Shown here piece by piece: positions 46,275 to 53,264 of a stretch of DNA of 64,000 nt. Location of the stretch: the NCBI GenBank assembly GCA_963798845.1, contig CAWCUS010000001.1, positions 416,001 to 480,000 of the forward strand. Reading direction: 5' to 3'. The DNA comes from an uncultured Gemmatimonadales bacterium. Lineage in GTDB: Bacteria; Gemmatimonadota; Gemmatimonadetes; Longimicrobiales; RSA9. How positions within the stretch are numbered: the stretch's first letter is position 1; the number at the start of each line of letters is the position of its first letter. The notes beneath the pieces were generated by a model. The model searched no databases. It was not told where the DNA came from and saw nothing but the letters and a program-made list of their open reading frames with translations. Made by a program: the position numbers and the translations under genes.

Positions 46275-47020
46275 GCGTCCACCTCGCTCAGCACCTTCTC
46301 ATCAATGTCCGCGTTGGTGTGGACCTTCTGGATGTCGTCCACGTCGTCCAGCGCATCGAGGAGCCTCAGCAGCTTCTCGGCGTCGTGACCCTCCACGCGG
46401 ACGGTCGCCTTCGGGATCATGGCCAGCTCGGCCTCGTCGAACTCGATACCCTGCGCCTTCAGCCCATCCTGCACCGCGTGGAAGCTCGCCACGTCCGTGA
46501 GCACCTCGAACGCCTCGTCCTCCCGCGTCATGTCGTCCGCCCCCGCCTCCAGCGCCGCCATCATCGTGGAGTCCTCGTCGTAGCGGGTTGCGTCCACGTA
46601 GATCCGGCCCCGCCGCTCGAACTGCCACGCCACCGAGCCGCTCTGGCCCAGGTTGCCGCCGTGCCGCTCCAGGACGTGGCGAAGCTCGGCGACAGTGCGG
46701 TTCAGGTTGTCCGTAAGCGCTTCCATGTACAGAGCCACACCGCCCGGTCCGTACCCCTCGTAGGCGATTTCCTCGTAGTTCACCCCCTCCAGCTCGCCCG
46801 TGCCCCGTCCGATGGCACGGTCGATGTTGTCCTGCGGCATGTTCGCCGCCTTCGCCGTGTCCACCGCCAGCCGCAGCCGCGGGTTCATCTCCGGATCGCC
46901 GCCCGCCTCCCTCGCCGCCACCGTGATCTCACGGATCAGCTTGGTGAAATGCTTGCCCCGGCGGGCGTCGTTGACCGCTTTCTTGCGCTTGATCTGCGCC
47001 CACTTCGAATGTCCAGCCAT
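46271..47020 (-). CDS. yebC: YebC/PmpR family protein
   Basis: MAGHSKWAQIKRKK, NPRLR, YEGYGPGGVA, TDNLNRT. Confidence 0.96.
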   Translation of the reverse strand: MAGHSKWAQIKRKKAVNDARRGKHFTKLIREITVAAREAGGDPEMNPRLRLAVDTAKAANMPQDNIDRAIGRGTGELEGVNYEEIAYEGYGPGGVALYMEALTDNLNRTVAELRHVLERHGGNLGQSGSVAWQFERRGRIYVDATRYDEDSTMMAALEAGADDMTREDEAFEVLTDVASFHAVQDGLKAQGIEFDEAELAMIPKATVRVEGHDAEKLLRLLDALDDVDDIQKVHTNADIDEKVLSEVDA

Positions 47021-47244
47021 GGATCCTCAGCTCTCCGCGTTCAGCACTCGCTCACGACGCGGGCCCCGCGCGGGACCCGCCCGACGCCGGCGCGGGGCCT
47101 ACCGCCCCGCTGTGACGCAGTCCACGGAGGCGGGGTCCAGAGGATGGTTCCGGCCGCGCGATCACGCGCGGACTTCATGCTGTGCTCGAGGCGTTTCATT
47201 GGGAGTAACCCGGGGAACGGGGCGGACATCGGCTCCAGCCGCGG

Positions 47245-47272
47245 AATATACCGGCGGTTCTGGGTGAATCAA
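47245..47272 (-). promoter_or_regulatory. Putative sigma70 promoter for yebC-ruvC-ruvA-lepB
   Basis: Minus strand TTGATT-16 nt-TATATT in otherwise GC-rich DNA. Confidence 0.5.
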
Positions 47273-47280
47273 AGGCCGCG

Positions 47281-47537
47281 ACGCGGCTCGTGGCGCAGTT
47301 CGACGGCGCGGCTCGGAACGCGGCTCGTGGCGCAGTTCGACGGCGCGGCTCGGAACGCGGCTCGTGGCGCAGTTCGACGGCGCGGCTCGGGACGCGGCTC
47401 GTGGCGCAGTTCGACGGCACGGCTCGGAACGCGGCTCGTGGCGCAGTTCGACGGCACGGCTCGGAACGCGGCTCGTGGCGCAGTTCGACGGCACGGCTCG
47501 GAACGCGGCTCGTGGCGCAGTTCGACGGCACGGCTCG
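47281..47537. repeat. 37-bp tandem repeat, 7 copies (last 35 nt): ACGCGGCTCGTGGCGCAGTTCGACGGCRCGGCTCGGA
   Basis: Units start at 47281, 47318, 47355, 47392, 47429, 47466, 47503; R=G in the first three copies and A in the last four. Confidence 0.95.
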
Positions 47538-47666
47538 CTGCGCTCGCCGACGCCGCCCGCGCTGCGGGATTCGAACCGTGGGCTCGCTTCAGCTCCCCCA
47601 CGGCCGGCAAAGCCGGATTCGAGCCGCCGCCCCCTGTCACCTCTCGCGGCCGCCCGTCCTCGAATC

Positions 47667-47988
47667 CGAATCCCCCGAAGGGGTGGCCGCGAGCGCAGCG
47701 AGCCGGCCATCGAATCCCCCGAAGGGGGTGGCCGCGAGCGCAGCGAGCCGGCCATGAATCCCCCGAAGGGGGTGGCCGCGAGCGCAGCGAGCCGGCCATC
47801 GAATCCCCCGAAGGGGGTGGCCGCGAGCGCAGCGAGCCGGCCATCGAATCCCCCGAAGGGGGTGGCCGCGAGCGCAGCGAGCCGGCCATCGACTCCCCCG
47901 AAGGGGGTGGCCGCGAGCGCAGCGAGCCGGCCATCGACTCCCCCGAAGGGGGTGGCCGCGAGCGCAGCGAGCGGGCCATCGACTCCCC
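47667..47988. repeat. 45-bp tandem repeat, 7 copies plus partial: CGAMTCCCCCGAAGGGGGTGGCCGCGAGCGCAGCGAGCCGGCCAT (two hairpins per unit)
   Basis: Units start at 47667, 47711, 47756, 47800, 47845, 47890, 47935; hairpins CCCCC-GAA-GGGGG and TGGCC-GCGAGC-GCA-GCGAGC-C-GGCCA. Confidence 0.95.
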
Positions 47989-48009
47989 GCGTAACGCGCA
48001 CAGCGAGCT

Positions 48010-48038
48010 TTGACACGCACCGCCTGTGGCGGTAGATT
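48010..48038 (+). promoter_or_regulatory. Near-consensus sigma70 promoter for rpsU
   Basis: TTGACA (48010-48015), 17 nt spacer, TAGATT (48033-48038). Confidence 0.75.
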
Positions 48039-48074
48039 GGTGTGCTTTTGTAAACACGAGCGAAGGGAGTACCA

Positions 48075-48272
48075 ATGGTCGAGGTTGTACTCGGCGAAAA
48101 CGACCGCCTGGACTGGGCGCTCAAGAAGTTCCGGCGCAAGATGTTACGGTCCGGCCGGTTCAAGGACATGAAGAAGAAGCGGTACTACGAGAAGCCCAGC
48201 GAGGCGAAGAAGCGGAAGGCTGCCGCGTCTCGTCGCCGCAACGCGCGGGCTCGCCGTCGCCGGTCCCGTTGA
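48075..48272 (+). CDS. rpsU: 30S ribosomal protein S21
   Basis: ENDRLDWALKKFRRK...KKRYYEKPSEAKKRK; GGGAG RBS. Confidence 0.95.
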   Translation: MVEVVLGENDRLDWALKKFRRKMLRSGRFKDMKKKRYYEKPSEAKKRKAAASRRRNARARRRRSR

Positions 48273-49561
48273 CGGCCACCCATCCCGACGACCGTACCCC
48301 TGACACAGCTGCCGAGGCGCCGAGGTCGTTCGAGGACCTGACGTCTTCGCCGGCGCTCCTGAGCGCCGTCCGCCATCTCGGGTGGACGGTTCCGACACCG
48401 ATTCAGCTCAAGGCGATCCCCGCAGCGCGGGCGGGTCGTGACGTCGTCGGCATCGCGCAGACGGGTACGGGTAAGACCGGCGCGTTCCTGATTCCGACCA
48501 TGGAGCGCCAGGAGGACCGCGAGGGGCTGCACACGCTGGTGCTATGCCCGACGCGGGAGCTGGCGCAGCAGGTGGCGGCGGATGCCCGGGACCTGTGCGC
48601 CGACACGGAGTTGTTCGTGGGGGAGATCTACGGCGGCGTGCCCTACGAGCCGCAGATCCGCGACCTGCGCGCAGGCTTCGATATCCTGGTAGCCACGCCC
48701 GGGCGGCTCATCGACCACATGGAGAAGGGGAACGTGGACCTGTCCCATGTGGAGGTACTGATCCTGGACGAGGCGGACCGGATGCTCGACATGGGCTTCC
48801 GTCCGCAGATCGACAGGGTGCTTGCGCGAGTGCCGCGGGACCGGCAGACGCTGCTGTTCAGCGCGACCATGCCGCACGGCGTGCACGCGCTCGCGCTGCG
48901 GATCCAGGATGACCCGGTCTGGCTGGAGGCCACGCCGGACCTCACGGCCGCCGAGACCGTCTCGCAGGTCGTGTACTCGGTGAGACCCGACCGGAAAGTC
49001 GACCTGCTGCTCTATCTCATGGGCGACCCGGATTGGGACCAGGTGCTGGTCTTCACGCGCACGAAGCGTGGGGCGGACCTCCTGTACCACAGGCTCCGCT
49101 CTGCCGGGATCGCGGTGGACGTGATCCACGGCGATCGGAACATGAAGCAGCGTGGCGGCGCCATGGAGGCGTTCGCCGATGGGCACGCCCAGGTGCTGGT
49201 CGCCACGGACGTGGCGCAGCGCGGGCTGGACATCGAGGGGATCAGCCACGTGGTCAACTACGACGTTCCGAAGGACCCGGAGGACTACGTCCACCGGATC
49301 GGGCGCACCGGACGAGCGGGCGCGAGTGGCCAGGCAGTGACGTTCATGACGGCCGCCGAGCTGGGACAGGTGCGAAGCATCGAGCGGGTCCTCGGCTACG
49401 CCGTTGCCCGCGTGTCGCTCGAAGGCTTCGACTACACCGGCGCGCCGGCCGAAGCCAGCAGCGTCGCCAGTCGCTGGAATCGCAGCGGCCGGCGACTCGG
49501 CTCCCGCAGCACCGCGGACCTCTCGCCGGAAGAGCTCCAGCGGCTGCTCGACGTGGGCTGA
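48269..49561 (+). CDS. DEAD-box RNA helicase (RhlE-like)
   Basis: PTPIQ, AQTGTGKT, PTRELA, TPGRL, DEAD, SAT, HRIGRTGRAG; TTG start overlapping the rpsU stop is inferred. Confidence 0.93.
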   Translation: MTATHPDDRTPDTAAEAPRSFEDLTSSPALLSAVRHLGWTVPTPIQLKAIPAARAGRDVVGIAQTGTGKTGAFLIPTMERQEDREGLHTLVLCPTRELAQQVAADARDLCADTELFVGEIYGGVPYEPQIRDLRAGFDILVATPGRLIDHMEKGNVDLSHVEVLILDEADRMLDMGFRPQIDRVLARVPRDRQTLLFSATMPHGVHALALRIQDDPVWLEATPDLTAAETVSQVVYSVRPDRKVDLLLYLMGDPDWDQVLVFTRTKRGADLLYHRLRSAGIAVDVIHGDRNMKQRGGAMEAFADGHAQVLVATDVAQRGLDIEGISHVVNYDVPKDPEDYVHRIGRTGRAGASGQAVTFMTAAELGQVRSIERVLGYAVARVSLEGFDYTGAPAEASSVASRWNRSGRRLGSRSTADLSPEELQRLLDVG

Positions 49562-49563
49562 CC

Positions 49564-51333
49564 GTGGCCCGCCTGGTCGTGACGCGCCGCCGGCGCGTCT
49601 CGCCTCTCCCCCTCCCCCTCCCCCTCCCCCTCCTCCTCCTGCTCGGCGCCGCCGCGTGCGGCACGGACGTGAGCGGGCCGCCCGCGACGCTCGTCTCGTG
49701 CGTGTTCGCCGACCCGACGCGGCTGGAGCCCGGGGGCGTGCTCCAGGTGCGCGGAGAGGGACACCGGGACGTCTGCCTCACGCCCGGCGACGAGGGGGCC
49801 GGGCTCTTCCTCTACGTCCCCTTCTACGCGTCGCCGGCGCCGAGCGGGGACACTCCCGCGCCCCGGCTTCAGCTGGACATCCGGACTGCGGGCACCACGG
49901 CAGTAACCGGGTCCGCCCTTCCTGCGCCCGCCCGCGAGCCCGTGCTGCTGGGCGCCGAGCGCGTTCCCGGCTGGCGGCCGATCGATCAGGGCTTCGACAC
50001 CCGCCTTCGGCTCCGGGAGATCCGGGAGCTGCAACCGCTGATCCACACCGCCGGGACGGCGCCCGCCGCCCCCGGCGGGTCCGCCACCGGCCCCGTCGCG
50101 GCGACACCGTCGCTGGCGGACCCGCCGCACACGGGCGACCTGGTGGACTACAACGTCGCCATCAGCTGCACGAACGAGAACGTTCGCACGGGACGGGTCG
50201 GTTACATCTCCCAGCACGCGATCGTGGTGGCGGACACCGGCAACCCGGTGGCGCTGAGCCAGGCGGACCTCGCGTCGATTGCCGCGACGTTCGACACGCT
50301 GGTCTACCCGGTGGACACGGAGAACTTCGGCGAGTCGACGGACATCGATGGCAACGGCCGCGCCATCATCTTCTTCACGAGGGCGGTGAACCAGCTGAAC
50401 GCGCACCAGTCGGGGTCGGTGACGGTTGGCTTCTTCTGGTCGGGTGACCTCTTCCCGGCGGAATCGACCACGCGCCTGGAGGCGTGTTCGGGCGGGAACC
50501 GTGCGGAGATGTTCTACATGATCGCGCCGGACCCGGACGGCGCCTACGGCCCGTCCATCAGCACGGACGAGGTGCTGCGGCGCTCGGTGGGGATCATCGC
50601 GCACGAGTACCAGCACCTGATCAACGCCGGACGCCGGCTGTACGTGAACGAGGCGACGGTGTTCGAGGAGCCCTGGCTGAACGAAGGGCTCAGCCACACC
50701 GCCGAGGAGCTCGTGTTCTACCACGTCACCGGACTTCACGCGGGCATGAACCTGACCGCCGACGCCCTGCGCTCGACCACCGGCGGCGTGGAGGCGTTCA
50801 ACCGCTTCGTCGCTCCGGACTTCGACCTGCTGCGGTCGTACCTGGAGGATCCGGACACCACGTCGCTCATGGGGGTGCCCGGGCTGTCCACCCGCGGTGC
50901 GGTCTGGGCCTTCCTCCGTTACGCCGCCGACCGGAGCGGCCGCACCGACGCGGTCTTCTTCCGCGACCTCGTGAACTCGACCACATCCGGCCTCGACAAC
51001 GTCTCGGCGGCGCTCGGCGCATCGGCGCTGGCGTGGATGCAGGACTGGACCGTGGCCGTGTTCGCCGACGACGCGGTGCCCGGTGTGGACGCGCGCTTCA
51101 CCCAGCCGAGCTGGGACTACCGCGACGTCTTCACCAACTCCACCGTGGGCGAATACCCGTTGAGCACGCGCACCCTCTCGCCGGAAGGCGACCACACCTT
51201 CTCGCTCCTCCCGGGAGGCGCCGCGTTCCCGCTCTTCCAGGTGAGCGGCGGGGAACGCGCGACGCTTCACGCCCAGTCCGGCGACAGGGCACCGCCGGAC
51301 GCGCTGCGGGGCTCCTTCCTGCGCGTGCACTGA
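49564..51333 (+). CDS. Lipoprotein with zincin-type metallopeptidase domain (M30-like)
   Basis: Lipobox AAAC; FGESTDIDGNG, IIAHEYQHLIN, WLNEGLSHTAEE. Confidence 0.75.
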   Translation: MARLVVTRRRRVSPLPLPLPLPLLLLLGAAACGTDVSGPPATLVSCVFADPTRLEPGGVLQVRGEGHRDVCLTPGDEGAGLFLYVPFYASPAPSGDTPAPRLQLDIRTAGTTAVTGSALPAPAREPVLLGAERVPGWRPIDQGFDTRLRLREIRELQPLIHTAGTAPAAPGGSATGPVAATPSLADPPHTGDLVDYNVAISCTNENVRTGRVGYISQHAIVVADTGNPVALSQADLASIAATFDTLVYPVDTENFGESTDIDGNGRAIIFFTRAVNQLNAHQSGSVTVGFFWSGDLFPAESTTRLEACSGGNRAEMFYMIAPDPDGAYGPSISTDEVLRRSVGIIAHEYQHLINAGRRLYVNEATVFEEPWLNEGLSHTAEELVFYHVTGLHAGMNLTADALRSTTGGVEAFNRFVAPDFDLLRSYLEDPDTTSLMGVPGLSTRGAVWAFLRYAADRSGRTDAVFFRDLVNSTTSGLDNVSAALGASALAWMQDWTVAVFADDAVPGVDARFTQPSWDYRDVFTNSTVGEYPLSTRTLSPEGDHTFSLLPGGAAFPLFQVSGGERATLHAQSGDRAPPDALRGSFLRVH

Positions 51334-51998
51334 TGAGCGCGCGAACGGCGTTCCGCCCGATGCTGGTCGCCGCGACGTTCACGGCGGGTGCCCTGGTGCC
51401 GGGCCACACCGCCGCGCAGGTGTGTGGCCCGACCGGGCTGGCCGTCGGCGGATCGGTGGCGGCCGTGCGTTACGACATGGCCGGCGGCGTGAGCGGAACG
51501 GAGGTGGACGCGCGGCTGCGGGGCAGCGCGGGGAGCCTCGGGATCGAGGTCGCCTACGGTCGTCTGCTGCTCCAGCAGGGGGTGGCCGATCCGAACGTGG
51601 CGAGGGTCACGGTGCGGGCGCCGCTCGCGTCGCTGCTGGGGCTCCATTTCTGCTTCGCAGGACACGGCGCCACCAGCTGGTTCAGCGCGAACGGCGACGA
51701 TGGACGCGTGCTCGCGGGCGGGGTGGGTCTGGTCGCTCGCCTCCCGCTCCCGCTCGGCGGGGTCCGGTTGACGCCGTTCGTCGAAGGGCGCGCCCTGGCC
51801 GCGCACAGCTCGGGCAGCATCCTGGGGTTGGACGCGAGCGCCACAGGGGAGTCGCTGGGGGGCGAGGCGGGTGCGGACCTCGTGCTCGGTCACTTGCTCG
51901 TGCGCGGCGGCGCGGCGTTCGACGGGCTCGCCGGCGGACTGGGCGCCACGCCGTACCCGACGCACGCCTTCCGTATCGAGGCGGTCTACCGCTTCTGA
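51333..51998 (+). CDS. Putative small outer-membrane beta-barrel protein
   Basis: Signal peptide (TAAQ), amphipathic beta strands, terminal VYRF; TGATG coupling to the upstream gene. Confidence 0.55.
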   Translation: MSARTAFRPMLVAATFTAGALVPGHTAAQVCGPTGLAVGGSVAAVRYDMAGGVSGTEVDARLRGSAGSLGIEVAYGRLLLQQGVADPNVARVTVRAPLASLLGLHFCFAGHGATSWFSANGDDGRVLAGGVGLVARLPLPLGGVRLTPFVEGRALAAHSSGSILGLDASATGESLGGEAGADLVLGHLLVRGGAAFDGLAGGLGATPYPTHAFRIEAVYRF

Positions 51999-53053
51999 TC
52001 CTTTCCGGCCGCGCGGAGGACCCACAGCGCGCCGCTCCCCTCCCGCTCAAGCTGCTGGTAGGTGCACTGGCGCGGGTCCTTGTCGGGCCGCCAGCGCACG
52101 AGGGAGGTGCCGTGGCGGAACCGGCCGTCGGTGAAATGGTCGTAGGTGACCTCGACGACGAGCACCTGGCGCAGCGGCTCCCACTCCGACGACCGTTCGG
52201 TCGCCCAGCGACTGGGCCCCCCCGGCCGCGAGCCGGTGAATCCGGGCTCCTCGACGAGCGGTTCGACCACCTCCCGAAGCCGCTGGCGGTCGCGGTCTGA
52301 GAAGCTCGAGCAGAACCCCACGTGGTCGAGGCGCCCGGCGTCGTCGTAGAGTCCGAGGAGCAGCGAGCCGATGCCCTTTCCAGAGCGCGAGTAGCGGAAT
52401 CCGCCCACGACGCAGTCCGCGGTGCGCCGCCGCTTGACCTTCAGCATGGCGTCCCGCGATCCCGCGAGGTAGGGACGGCCGGGGTCCTTCGCCATCACCC
52501 CGTCCACGCCGGTGAGCCCGCGCAGCCACTCCGCGGCCAGATCGGCGTCGGACGTGGCGCGGGAGAGGTGTACGGCGGGCGCGTCGTCGAGGTACCGGGC
52601 GGCGAACGCTTCCAGCGCGTCACGACGATCCCGGAGCGGTTGCTCGAGGAATGAGCGGGTCGAGCCGCGGGCGAGCAGATCGAACACCACCAGCCATGCC
52701 GGCGTCTCGGCCGCCAGCCGACGAACGCGGGTCTCGGCCGGGTGGATGCGCTGGAGCAGGAGGTCGAAGGCGACGTCGTCGCCCCGGGGGACGAGGAGCT
52801 CGCAGTCGAGCACGAACTGGCGAGCGCCCACGCCGAGCACGGCCTCCACCACCTCGGGGAAGTAGCGAGTCAACGGCTTGCACGCTTTCGACTGCAGCTC
52901 GACGGTCCCGTGGTTGCGGAACACGAGGCAGCGGAACCCATCCCACTTCGGCTCGTAGAGCCACTGCCCCTCCCGGGGGATGGCGTCGGTGCTGCGGGCT
53001 TCCATGGGCGCGAGCGGCGGCTCCACCGGAAGACCCAGCGGGGCGAAGGTCAC
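51986..53053 (-). CDS. ATP-dependent DNA ligase (LigC-type)
   Basis: YEPKWDGFR, RYFPE, VFDLL, GVMAK, RTADCVVGGFR, SLLLGLY, FRHG..RWRPDK. Confidence 0.92.
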   Translation of the reverse strand: MTFAPLGLPVEPPLAPMEARSTDAIPREGQWLYEPKWDGFRCLVFRNHGTVELQSKACKPLTRYFPEVVEAVLGVGARQFVLDCELLVPRGDDVAFDLLLQRIHPAETRVRRLAAETPAWLVVFDLLARGSTRSFLEQPLRDRRDALEAFAARYLDDAPAVHLSRATSDADLAAEWLRGLTGVDGVMAKDPGRPYLAGSRDAMLKVKRRRTADCVVGGFRYSRSGKGIGSLLLGLYDDAGRLDHVGFCSSFSDRDRQRLREVVEPLVEEPGFTGSRPGGPSRWATERSSEWEPLRQVLVVEVTYDHFTDGRFRHGTSLVRWRPDKDPRQCTYQQLEREGSGALWVLRAAGKDQKR

Positions 53054-53264
53054 GGGGCTGCTCCTGGTGCGGTTCTGAGGCTGTGAGCGTCGTGCGCAAG
53101 GAGCCCGCCACCGCTTCGCCAGTGCCGCTGCGGAGCGCGTGGGAATGCGCCTGCGGCGCGCCCGCGACCGAGCCGGGCGACGGCGTGCGGTGGCGCCGGA
53201 ACGGACCCGCCCGCATATTCGGCCCCGATTCCTTCCGACCGCATCCACCACCGGAGGTTGGACA

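Noticed and set aside
47560..47630. tRNA gene or tRNA-derived att site (GGTTCGAATCC on the minus strand)
   Set aside because: The T-loop word is present, but a full T-stem, acceptor stem and anticodon arm do not form, and no integrase is nearby.
47281..47988. CRISPR arrays (37-bp unit is CRISPR-repeat sized) or repeat-protein genes
   Set aside because: Units are head-to-tail with no spacers. The 37-bp period is not a multiple of three and the same peptides recur in several frames, so the listed ORFs are by-products.
53218..53233. Further TTCGG-N6-TTCGG site upstream of the ligase
   Set aside because: The second half-site is TTCCT (two mismatches), too weak to count.
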